64,000 nucleotides of DNA, from the NCBI RefSeq assembly GCF_009914755.1, contig NC_060934.1; one strand, 5' to 3'. A program made the position numbers and the translations under genes. The notes under the pieces were generated by a model. The model was not told where the DNA came from and ran no database searches. It saw only the letters and a program-made list of their open reading frames with translations. Shown here piece by piece: positions 42,041-63,339 of this stretch. This stretch comes from the human T2T-CHM13v2.0 reference genome, Homo sapiens. Every line of letters starts with the position of its first letter. Within the stretch, counting starts at the first letter, position 1.

Positions 42041-43866
42041 AATCATTTTTATTTACCTCTTTTGTTTGTTTCCGCCTATTACGCCCTCTGCCCCTCTCTA
42101 CTCTTTTCTCCTCACTTCTTTCACGACAGTATGTGTGTTTGCAAACACCACCTGGAAGGCAGGAACCTCCAAGGAAGTCTCTTTTGCAGTCGATTTATGT
42201 GCTTTGTTCCCAGAGCCTGCCCAAACCCATGAAAAACAACCCAACCTGCCGGTTATGGGAGCAGGAAATGTCAACCTCGCTGCAGGGTCCAGACACACAG
42301 GAAGCCGGACTAGATGTGGAAGCTCTAAAGGTGCAGAAAAAGGACTCCAGAGCGTTGACTTTTACCTCTGTCCTGGAAATCACCCTGACTCTAGTTGTCT
42401 AGATTCTTATCAGTTTTTCTGCCCTCACTGGTCATGTGTAACCCTGGCCACATACCCTGGAGGATTGACCTGGTCCTCAACACTTTCCAGAACTCGCACT
42501 TCCCGTCCTAGACAGTGTACTGTAAAAAATTGCAATCCTCTTACTATAACTGTCCATAGCCCTAATTCAGCTCAATGGTATTAAGGCATGTCATGGGGAT
42601 TAAGGCTTTATATCTCGGGATTTGATGTTGGTACTATGTTCACCATCCAGAAAAATGTCCTGGTCCCATGGAGCCCTCCTAAGTCAATCGGACCTTTAAC
42701 TGATTTAGGTGACCCTATATTGTAAAGACACCCAGACAGGGTTGATTTAACCATCCCGCCACCACTCCTTGTTCCCAGATCTCAGTTACAATGACAACAT
42801 CTCCAACCCAGCCTGATGTCCATTCTGGATGGGGTACATCACCTCCTTAATCTCACCCAGCTTAAACTAGCCCAAGATTGCTGGTTGTGCCTAAAGGCCA
42901 AACCCCCATATTATGTTGGGTTAGGAATAGAAGCCATGTTCAAAATTAACTCTCTTCTTATCATACAAGGCCCCATGCCCTTAAACTAGGAGACATGTCA
43001 GGAAACGCTTCCTGTATAGTTAGCGCAGGGTATAACTTATCTGCTTCTCCCTTTCAGACTACCTGTAATCAGTCTCTACTTACTTCCTTAAATGCCTCAG
43101 TCTCCTACCAGGCACCCAACAATACCTGGCTGGCCTGCACTTCAGGCCTCACTCACTGCATCAATGGGACTGAACCTGGACCTCTCCTGTGTGTGTTGGT
43201 TCATGTACTGCCCCAGGTCTACGTGTACAGCAGGCCAGAAGGGCGACTTCTCATCGCTCCACCTGAATTACATTCCAGGTTTCACTGAGCCACCCCACTC
43301 CTCATACCCCTTCTGGCCGGCCTTAGCATAGCTGAATCAGCAGCCATTGGCACAGCTGCCCTGGTTCAGGGAGAAACTGGACTAATATCCCTGTCTTAAT
43401 AAGTAGATGCTGATTTAAGCAATCTCTACTCAGCCGTAAATATACTGTATACTCAGGCAGAGTCTGTAGCTGAAGTAGTACTTCAAAACTGCCGAGGCTT
43501 AGATCTGCTATTTCTCTCCCAAAGAGGGTTATGCACAGCTCTAGGAGAAAGTTGTTTCTATGCCAATCAGTCTGGGGTCATAAAAGATACACTCCAAAGA
43601 GTTCAAACAAATCTAGATAGATGCCAACAGAAACAGGAAAATAACACCCCTGGTACCAAAACATGTTTAACTGGAATCCATGGCTAACTACTCTAATTAC
43701 TGGATTGGCGGGACCCCTTCTCCTCCTCTTGTTTGGCTTAGTCTTTGGGCCTTGTATATTAAATTGGTTTCTTAACTTTATAAAGCAGTGCATAGCTTCT
43801 GTCAAACTTATGCATCTTAGAACCCAATATAACCCCCTTGTTATAACCGAGGAATCAATGATTTGA
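41976..43866 (+). pseudogene. env: HERV-T env, first stop at 42582-42584, further stops and frameshifts
   Basis: MDPQAW start and signal peptide, FYLCPG, CWLC motif, decayed furin site (RFH*), ISD LQNCRGLDLLF, TM anchor, C-terminus TEESMI. Confidence 0.93.
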
Positions 43867-43879
43867 TTCCCCTAAACAC

Positions 43880-43979
43880 GAGTGGGGAATGTGATACCCT
43901 ACTTTGTTTTAACCTGATTGTTTCTCTTAGCTGAGATAGCCGGACACACTCTATTTTAGTTCCTTCACTTACAGCCCCC
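43880..43979 (+). mobile_element. Polypurine tract plus first 90 nt of the 3' LTR
   Basis: GAGTGGGGAA then TGTGATACCCTAC..., matching 34816-34905 with 7 mismatches; similarity stops at a C-run. Confidence 0.92.
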
Positions 43980-43993
43980 GCCCAACCCCCGCC

Positions 43994-44268
43994 GCTGTAC
44001 ACGTAGACCTGGGGCAGTACATGAACCAACACACACAGGAGAGGTCCAGGTTCAGTCCCACTGATGCAGTGAGTGAGGCCTGAAGTGCAGGCCAGCCAGG
44101 TATTGTTGGGTGCTTGGTAGGAGACTGAGGCATTTAAGGAAGTAAGTAGAGACTGATTACAGGTAGTCTGAAAGGGAGAAGCAGATAAGTTATACCCTGC
44201 GCTAACTATACGGGAGGCGTTTCCTGACATGTCTCCTAGTGTAAGGGCATGGGGCCTTGTATGATAAG
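43994..44268 (-). repeat. Inverted duplicate of env segment 42957-43231 (275 nt)
   Basis: Reverse complement aligned by hand: 5 mismatches, no indels; ORF 43841-44230(-) repeats peptide MSGNAS...QVYVYS of ORF 42995-43288(+). Confidence 0.97.
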
Positions 44269-44446
44269 GCCTTCACTTACAGTGACATACATTTCACTGT
44301 ATGAAATGTCCTTCACTTACAGCTGACATTCATTTATGTCTCTGCATGTACTTAGTCTTCTGATTATGTAATATGTACAGATGTTTCTGGTGACTTTCTC
44401 TTTGGAAAGGCAGTGTTATCTGTTGGGCATATGACTGTGTATCTGA

Positions 44447-52125
<7,679 letters not shown>

Positions 52126-53194
52126 TTACTTCTCAGCATTCCTCTTCTTTGTGTGTGTCTTCTGATGTGCAGTGAGTTGTGACTTCTGGATAAAGGTTTC
52201 CCCACACTCCTGACACTCATAGGGCTTCTCCCCTGTGTGTTTTCTCTGATGTATAATAAAATGTGACTTCTGAGAAAAGGACTTCCCACATTCCTTGCAT
52301 GCATAGGGCTTCTCTCCTGTGTGAGTCCTTTGATGTAATCTGAGGACTGAATTCACAGCAAAAGATTTGCCACATTCTGTGCATTCATAGGGCTTCTCCC
52401 CTGTGTGTTTTCTCTGATGTTTAGTGAGGTCTGATTTATAGTAAAATGTTTTCCCACATTTATTACATTCAAAGGGTTTCTCCCCTGTGTGAGTTCGCTG
52501 ATGTACTGTGAGGGCTGACTTCTGGTAGAAGCATTTCCTACATTCCTTACATTCATAGGGTTTCTCTCCTGTGTGACTTCTCTGATGAGTTTTGAGGTGT
52601 GAATTCCTAGAGAAGAATTTCCCACATTCCTTACATTTATAGGGTTTCTCCCCTGTGTGCATTCTCTGATGTACTGTGAGGTGTGACTTCTGGGAAAAGG
52701 CTTTCCCACACTCCTTACACTCATAGGGTTTCTCCCCTGTGTGTGTTTTCTGATGTACCATGAGGTATGCCTTCACATAGAAGAACTTCCCACATTCAGT
52801 ACATTCAAAAGGTTTCTCCCCTGTGTGTGTTTTCTGATGTTCTGTGAGATGTGGTTTCTGGTAGAAGGATTTTTCACACTGATTACATTCATAGGGTTTC
52901 TCTCCTGCATGGGTTCTCAGATGTCTACTGAGAGATGATAGGTGGTAAAATATTTTCTTACATTCTTTACACTCATAGGTTTTATCTCTCGTGTGAATTT
53001 TCTGATGTCTTATGAGGTCTTCATTTTTAGAGAAAGATTTCCCACATTTATCACAGTCATAGGATTTGCCCTTTGAGTGAGTATGCTGATGTACTATGAG
53101 GGCAGACTTCTGGCAGAAGAACTTCCCACATTCCTTACATTCACAGGCTTTCTCTGTGGTATGAGTTTTCTGATGTTTTGTGAGTTCTCCATTC
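52126..53194 (-). CDS. ZNF25: ZNF25 last coding exon: 12 C2H2 zinc fingers
   Basis: Twelve CxxC..HxxxH units with TGEKPY-type linkers ending KKRNAEK*; acceptor CTTTCTGTCTAG|GAATGG. Matches the recalled ZNF25/KOX19 protein. Confidence 0.93.
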
Positions 53195-53693
53195 CTAGAC
53201 AGAAAGTTCCACATTCATTAATGTGTAAGACTTTTAAGGCTTTTTGTTCCCCCTGCTCCACTGGGCGTATTTTCCAAGTACCTCTGAGGACCGATTTCTA
53301 GAGATGTTCCCATATTTACTGGATCCATAGGGTTTCTCCACTGTGAGCATTCTCTGACCTGCACTGTAGTTTAACATTTGGTAAGGTGAATCTGCATTTG
53401 CATTCTATTCACAGGGTCTCTCAATTGCCTGCATTCTATTTTGTGTAATAGAGACTCCCTTTCATTACTTAATTCAGAAGAGTAAAAAGACCACTTCAAA
53501 GTTTCAATCTCCCGATCCTGCACAAGGTCTCTATGAAAAGGGGCAGTCCCATTTGGATTATATTCCTTGGGATTTGCTCTGCAGTGTTAGTTTTCTCACG
53601 TTTAGTATTAACTAGTGCCCTCCCATTTCTAGTAACTCCTTTAAGACTCTTGCTTACAAATCTTCTATCTTAAACATTAATTCTTGAACTTGC

Positions 53694-53757
53694 CTTGAAT
53701 TTCCAGCTTGGCTTTCCTGGTATCTTGCTTCTAGATCATGAATGCTCCATAGGTCTT
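53694..53757 (-). CDS. ZNF25: ZNF25 64-nt linker exon (EDLWSIHDLEARYQESQAGNSR)
   Basis: Acceptor TTCCCTTGTAG|AAG, donor AAG|GCAAGT (GC type); phases join KRAB-B and the finger exon in frame. Confidence 0.85.
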
Positions 53758-54836
53758 CTACAAGGGAACCAAAAATGTAATACTTTATAAATACTACACA
53801 TTAATATTGTCATAGCATTGATTCTTAGGCTTCAGGCCAATTTCTCATAATGAAAGAACCTCAAATGCAAATTTCCTCTAGCCCATTGTTTTGGGAAAAA
53901 AACCTAAAACAAACACTGAAAACTGCTGTCACACACAGAAGGAGGATTCTACTTGTAGACCCATGTACTCTGACATTTTTACAAATGTGACCATAAGAGT
54001 TTGGAGGTGAAAGTTAAAGACAAAAAAAGAACCGGGAGAGGAGAACATAGGACATTCGAAGTGTTGCTGAACGGGAGTGTGGGAAGTATAGAGAATACTG
54101 TGAGCCCCTTAAGGACCATGAACAGTAAGCAGGTTAAGAAAAACTACTGGACAACAGTGTCCCCTGGAATACATGGAAAAGATTAAACTGAAAGAAGGAG
54201 CTGAAGTATAGGTCTTTATTCCCTCAAACCTAGATTACTGTGCTAGGATTCCTAGCATTTAGCAGACAAACTTCTACTTTATTTCCTCTTCATCCATCCA
54301 CAGCAATCTAGGTGTCAATTACTAAAGTGACTTTTTCAGAACATCAGTTTCCTCATGCTTAGAGGAAGAGTCCTGTAGCTTGGGCTTTCACTCTCCATCT
54401 AGTTGGCTTTATTTTCAGGACAGGAAGACAGAGGACCACATATATCCAAAAGGAAGGATTTTCTTAAAAGCATTGGGATAAGCCATCTATACAAGGATGA
54501 ATTCCTAGTTGTACCACCAGAGATTTTCAATCCTGAACTCATCCTGACCATCAAATCCTGCACTTCTAACGCACTTGTTACTCATGACTCAACACTAGTC
54601 TTGAATTTCATTTTCATATCTTGCTTCCTCCATCTCTGCTTCCAATTTACTACAGGATCTTTAAAGGTCCAATTATTGAACATCATTCTAGAATCTTTAG
54701 TGACCTTCATATTTATGCATCTTTAAATGCATGAAAGCAAGTGAAAGATTATCAGCAGATGCTTGGGGTTGGAATTTCATAGCAATGGTGGGGAATACAT
54801 AAGAAAAGTCACTTCATAGTGACTTATGCGACGTTA

Positions 54837-55043
<207 letters not shown>

Positions 55044-55046
55044 TCA

Positions 55047-55184
<138 letters not shown>

Positions 55185-55863
55185 TTAAGAGCATAGTAAA
55201 ATGGAGATTAACAGGTGTTTGGGGGCCACAAGGAGAAATAAGTTGCATAGGCAAGAGAGGGCCAGACTAGTTCCTGACAAAAAATTCATTTAAATGAATA
55301 TTACTAATACCTCCTTACCCTTGTAAGACTTTTATTTTGTCTAAAGGACTTAATACTGAGTCAGTATTAAGTATACCATGCAGGCTTCTGGCAATGTACA
55401 TCTGCTGCATTACACAACTACTGTGGGAATTTAAATCAACAATTTTTGTTTTGACCCTAACAAGGAAGGAAGTAGAATAAGCAGAACTATCTTACAAGAA
55501 GGTAAAAATATGGGATCAGAATATAAATAGGGCAAAGATGCTGGAGAGGTCAATTTTAGGAATCCTTATCATAAAAACCAATGCATTGGCTTTAAGAATG
55601 GATGAGCTTCTACAGGAGTTAATAAAAGGAACAGAGCAGAAAGTAGAAAGTGTCTGTTGTTAATTATTTTATATATTTATTATTTCTTTTTTTCATGAAC
55701 ATGAGTCTCACTGTTGTCCAGGCTGGAGTGCAGTGGGGCGATCTTGGCTCACTGTAACCACTGCTTCCTGGGTTTAAGCAATTCTCATGCCTAAGCCTCA
55801 GCCTCCCGAATAGCTGGGACTACAGGTGTGCACCACCAAGCCCGGCTAATTTTTGTATTTTTA

Positions 55864-55953
<90 letters not shown>

Positions 55954-56754
55954 TTACAGGCATGAGCCGCCACTCCCAGCCAGTCTCTTGTTAATTAATA
56001 TTCATTCTTTCAACAAATATCTAGCGAGCAACTAATATGTACTAGGCATTGTTCCTGATACTGGCAACACATCTGTGCACAAGTTAGAAAATACGTGACA
56101 AACATTTAAGAAGGCAGGATGAGATTGTCTTAGTGTTATCCAAATAAGTTTAGGGAGGATAAGCAGTGCTTTGTGGGAAGGATAAACACTGTATAGCAGG
56201 AAGTAGCAACTCCAAAATGAAAGAATTGATGAGCAGCATACCGATTTTTAATCTGAGCTCAGAGTTTAAAGAAAAAATGGGAAGTTAAAAGTGGTGCCAA
56301 AATAACTGAGGTATTTTATTGTTAATAAAAGGAAGGCGATGCCATTTAAAAACGTTATAAGTCAGATTTACAAACACTTTATAGTTGCATACTCTAATGG
56401 CAGGGAGTAACTGGCGATTCTAGACAAAAAGACAAAGTCTTACAAGGGTAAGGAGAGATAAGAGTTTGTATACAGGAAAGAGAAGTAAATCTATTTAAAA
56501 CATGTCTAGCAAAGAAGAGAATTTAAGTGGAGAGAACAAAAATTGGAGGTGTGAATTAGGTTTTTTTACACGTGCAAATAAAGTGTCCTTAATCGCTTCC
56601 AAAACTACAGGGCATTTATAAAGAGACTGCTGAGGCCGGGCACGGTGACTCACACCTGTAATCCTAGCACTTTGGGAGGCCGAGGTGGGCAGATCACCTG
56701 AGGTTGGGAGTTCAAGACCAGCCTGACCAACATGGAGAAACCCCATCTCTACTA

Positions 56755-56982
<228 letters not shown>

Positions 56983-57019
56983 TCACCAGTAACATGGGAT
57001 ATAATTTCTTCTAACTCAC

Positions 57020-57115
57020 CAGGGAAGCCCCGATGTGGAAATTCTACTTCTAATATCCATGGCTCTTTTCCTTGCTTCAACTTGAAGACTGCATTTGGCT
57101 TATTCACATGGTAAC
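57020..57115 (-). CDS. ZNF25: ZNF25 KRAB-B exon (96 nt)
   Basis: YHVNKPNAVFKLKQGKEPWILEVEFPHRGFP; CATAG| acceptor, |GTGAGT donor. Confidence 0.93.
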
Positions 57116-57387
57116 CTATGAATGGAAAATATCAAGGAAATGATACAAATTGCTTGGAATTTAGGGACTGTGAAAGATGAGGAAGTGGAGTTTCAGGATA
57201 ATAATGAAGGTTCCAGTTAGGCTTGGCAAATTTAGATTCTTTCAGCGGGGAGAGAGGGACACAAATATTTTTTCTAGTACCCAAAATGGATTTATTAACT
57301 TCGACCTCTGAATCATAGATAATGTCAATCATTCAACCCTATAGGGACATTTTATACTCCAGTAACTGAGAAGATAGATGCAAACTA

Positions 57388-57561
<174 letters not shown>

Positions 57562-57785
57562 TCAGTTCAATTTGAAGTAACCAGAATAGATTGCATACCA
57601 TTGAAAAGACATGTGAGCTAGCTCTTAGTGTACTAACTGCAAAGTTCATTCTGGAGAGTTAGGATATTTGCCATGCTGTACCCTGCTTTATTCATAGAAG
57701 GAATATTTGTTCATTACATATTTACTGAGCTCCCACTCCATGCCTGGAACTCTGCTGAAGATACAAAGATGAAGAAAAAAAATGA

Positions 57786-58118
57786 GTGTCATATGCCACA
57801 TAATGACATTTCAGTAATGACAAATTCCATATATGATGATGATCCTATAAAAAAATATAGTATTTTTATTGTCTGTTTTCTATGTTTAGATACACAAATT
57901 CTTACCATTGTGTTACAAGTTGCCTACAGTGTTCAGTACAGTAACACACTGTACAGGTTTGTAGCCTAGAAGCAATGGGCTACACCACATAGCCTAGGTG
58001 TGCAGTCAGCTGTACCATCTAGGCTTGTGTAAGGACACTCTATGATGTTTGCACGATGAAGTCACCTAATGATATGTTTCTCATAACATATCCCTGTCAC
58101 TAAGTGACACATGACTCT
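57786..58118. mobile_element. Tigger3a/MER7-like DNA transposon
   Basis: GTCATATGCCACATAATGAC... / ...CACATGACT termini, TAGCCTAGGTGTG core. Confidence 0.7.
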
Positions 58119-59519
58119 ATTCCTGTTATCGAGGAGCTTATATTTTTGCCAGGGAGACAAAGGTGAAAATGCTAAAATACAGTATGTGAAGCAGGTGCCA
58201 TTACAGAAACATGTATACAACATGAGATGGTCACAAATGGGGGTAATTATTTGCATTTCATATTATCATGTTAGATTTTATTAGGTGGTCAAACTGACTA
58301 ACTTTAGGAATAAAGAAAACACAACTGGCAAAGGCATGGATGCATGAGAAATGGTAAGTTTAGGAAACCACATATAATTTGGTAGGTATGATACCTATTG
58401 TGGGTACATAATGGTAGGTATATACCATAGTTTGGTAGGTATGTACTTACGGTAAGGCATAGGACCAAGATTAGTTAGAAGGTTACAGTGAAAAGTCAAG
58501 GGACAGGACAAGAAGAAATTCTGAATCTGTCTTTTGGACCAGTAAAATATATTTTACATACACACTTAACAAATACATCTCTGCTTATTAATATAATACA
58601 TACCTTTGCATGTATTAATGTTTATTAAGAATTAAGGAGGTGGGTGTGGTGGCTCAGGCCTGTAACACCAGCTACTTGAGAGGGTGATATGAGAGAATCG
58701 CATGAACCTGGGAAGTTAAGGCTGCAGTGAGACACAGTAAGACTCTATCAAAAAAAAAAAAATTAGGCTGGGTACAGTGGCCCACGCCTGTAATCCCACC
58801 ACTTTTGAAGGCCGAAGCAGGTGGATAACCTGAAGGCAGGAGTTTGAGACCAGCCTGGCCAACACGGCAAATCCCCATCTCTACTAAAAAATACAAAAAT
58901 TAGCCGGGCGTGGTGGCACACACCTGTAGTCCCAGATACTCAGGAAGCTGAGCCAAGAGAATGGCTTGAACCTGGGAGGCAGAGGTTGCAGTAAGCCAAG
59001 ATCGTGCCACTGAACTCCAGCTTGGGTGACAGAGTGAAACTCCATCTCAAAAATAATAATAAATTTAACAAGTTTGTTTTTGTTTATATAAGACAAAACA
59101 CAAATAGATATTCTGTCATTTCATACTATGTGAAATGTCTTATATATCTCTGGGATGCTCACCATTCACTGTGTAGATGAAAATATAGAAACCAGGAGCC
59201 ACTGAAGAGATGTGTCAAGTAAGCACTGGAGTTATAGGGGTAAATGAGTGGTATAGGAGAAAATTTTAATATAGAGGTGGCAAATGGCACATTAGAAAAA
59301 TAAGAAAAACATTTATATGAAAGCAACAGCAGTGGGGGAAAGAAGTATAACACAACTTTGTAATTAATTGGAAATTAGTTACTAACCACTGGGAGAAAGG
59401 GGGAGGGCAGCTCCCATAGTGTCTGTATGTCTCGCTCGTGGGTACAGTTATAGTGCCAATTATTTTCATTCCTTCACTTTTATTGGTAGAACTGTTTAAG
59501 GCTATGAAATTTCCTCTAA

Positions 59520-60128
<609 letters not shown>

Positions 60129-60395
60129 TGAAAACAGGAATACAAGGAAAAGGGTAAGTTGGGCAGGAGTTAATGAGTTGAATTTTGTTCATTCTGGGCT
60201 TAAAGTGACTGTGGAACATAAAGCTGGAATTGTCCATTTTTGCAGATACACATATGAGTAAGTTTCCACAAACAGAATTTTCAAATATATAAAAAATAGA
60301 GTTCTAGAAGAGCCCAAAAAGGAAGCTGTGGGGGCCGGGTGTGGTGGCTCACGCCTGTAATCCCAGCACTTCGGGAGGCTGAGGCGGGCGGATCA

Positions 60396-60725
<330 letters not shown>

Positions 60726-63054
60726 CTAAACATAAGAGTAAGCCAGGAGGAGTATCTAGGAAACCAAAGAAAGGGAGACTTACAAATAAGGGACAGCTGT
60801 AGTTCAAAATCCAAATGTAAAGAGTCCAAATTAGCATAACCACACACAAGCACAGCAAAGGAGTGAAAACTGTAATAAGTAAGCAGGCCTTTTGAGAAAT
60901 GTTGGAAATATCTAGAATTCCTAAGAGCAGATAAGAGAATCCAGCTCTTGGACACACATCCTAACAAGAGCTCATGTAAACTTCTATGCTCAGAGTCAAA
61001 GGGCTGGGGTTTGTTAAGGACAGAAGGATGACTGATAGGAAAATTAATTAAAGACTCCTCACTTAAAAAACAACAACAACAAAAACCAAAGAGCATCCAG
61101 TATAAACCAAGAGCTGATGAAAAGACCCTACCACATAATGCTACCAGGGTCAATTGGGCAACATGATTACTTCACCAGGGTCCCTAAATATGGGCACAAT
61201 ACAAAAAGAGAAACACAAGATTGTGTTATATACACACATGGACATTTTATTCGTTGAAATACATCTGTATTTTTTTAAAGCAACACTTCTATTTCTGTGA
61301 AAACATACAAGTACTAGTTTCTTAAATGACAGCAATTCTATTTCAGCAATTAAGAGACTACCTAAGAGGGTAAGGACAAAACTGACATATGACTTCTCAT
61401 ATGTAGAACCAAATGTTAAAAGACAAAGAAAAAATGCCCACAAAGGATAAAGGTTTTGAACCTAGAATTCCATGCCCTGCCAAATTTTTCATTCAAGGAT
61501 GATAAAAAGAGATGTTTTCATAAATACAAAAATGTTAAAAGCATACAAACGATGCACCATATTTGCAAGGCATTCTAGAATATACTTAAAAGAAACTACA
61601 AAAAAAAAATCACATGGCAAATCAGATATAAAAGCTAATAGGGCCAGGTGTGGTGGCTCATGCCTGTAATCCCAGCACTTTGGGAGGCCGAGGCAGGCAG
61701 ATCACCTGAGGTCGGGAGTTCGAGACCAGCCTGACCAACATGGAAAAACCCCGTCTCTATTAAAAATACAAAATTAGCCAGGCGTGGTGGCTCATGCCTG
61801 TAATCCCAGCTACTCAGGAGGCTGAGGCAGAAGAAGCACTTGAACCTGGGATGCGGATATTGTGGTGAGCCGAGATCATGGCATTGCACTCCAGCCTGAG
61901 CAACAAAGATTGAAACTCCATCTCAAAAAAAAAAAAAAAAAAAAAACCTAACAGATGGCCAGGTGCAATGGCTCATGCCTGTAATCCCAGCACTTTGGGA
62001 GGCTGAGGCAGGTGGATCATGAGGTCAGGAGTTCAAGACCAGCCTGGTCAACATGGTGAAACCCCATCTCTACTAAAAATACAAAAAATTAGCAGGGCAT
62101 GGTGGTAGGCTGAGTAGCTTTTAATCCCAGCTACTCAGGAGGCTGAGGCAGAGAATTGTTTGAATCCAGGAGGCAGAGGTTGCAGTGAGCCAAGATTGTG
62201 CCACTGCACTCCAGCCTGGGCGAGAGAGCGAGACTTCCATCTCAAAAAAAAAAAAAAAGCTAACGGATATATAAGAATAAGAACTTAATTCTCATATAGC
62301 CTTAACAGGAAACTAGAAAATTTAAAACGGACTGCTTACAGAAGAAGTGAGAAGGAAAAGACTATTTTGTATACTAAACTGTCCTTCAAAGATACTTCTA
62401 AATATGTTAACAAAGTGCTCACATCTTTTCATCAAATATTCACTGAAAGACCATTTTCTGGGCCAGAAAAATATCTTAAACTGAAAGAATTGAAATCTAC
62501 CAAATACATTCTCTGAACACAGTAGACAAACTAGAATCAGTAACAGAAACTTATCTGGAATGTCATCAAATACTTGAAAATAATAGGTGAGCACTTTGTT
62601 TAATGTTATTAGAAAATAACATTTGAAGTTGGTTCTCTGAAAAAACTAAGAAAGCTGATAAACCTATATCCAGAATGACCAAGATAAAAAATACATGTTA
62701 ACAATATCAAAAATGAAAAGGGGAATAGTTACAATAGGCCCTACAAACAGTAAAAGGATAATAAAAGAATACTAAGAACCAGTCTATATGCATAAATTTT
62801 ACAACTTAGATGAAATGGATTAATTCTTTGAAAGAAGATAACTATCAAAACTCACTCAGGAAGAAATATCTAAGATAAATAATATTACCTAGTATCAATT
62901 ATATTAAATAAACTGAATCTGTAGTTAAAAACCTTTCAACACGAGTGATTTCCTGAGAAATGGTGACTTAGGGAGCTCTAAGAATTGGTCCCTCCACTGA
63001 GGCAACCATTAAAGCTGACAAAAACTGATAGAATCAAACTTTTTGGAACTCTAG

Positions 63055-63339
<285 letters not shown>

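Larger units (their letters stand above)
34816..43979 (+). mobile_element. HERV-T / HERVS71 gammaretrovirus-like provirus, defective, 3' LTR truncated
   Basis: LTR, tRNA-Thr PBS, gag, pro, pol, env, PPT and LTR start in canonical order. Env peptides closely resemble ERVS71-1/HERV-T Env as recalled. Confidence 0.93.

Noticed and set aside
43841-44230. 129-aa minus-strand ORF resembling Env
   Set aside because: By-product of the inverted duplication running into antisense LTR; no signal peptide, promoter or splice support.
53195-53214. ORF-track start MWNFLS for the 362-aa finger ORF
   Set aside because: Lies in the intron upstream of the acceptor; the real frame comes from the spliced KRAB exons.
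58365-58445. Three spaced copies of TGGTAGGTAT, superficially array-like
   Set aside because: Short degenerate local tandem duplication in an intron; not a CRISPR-like array and no functional cue.
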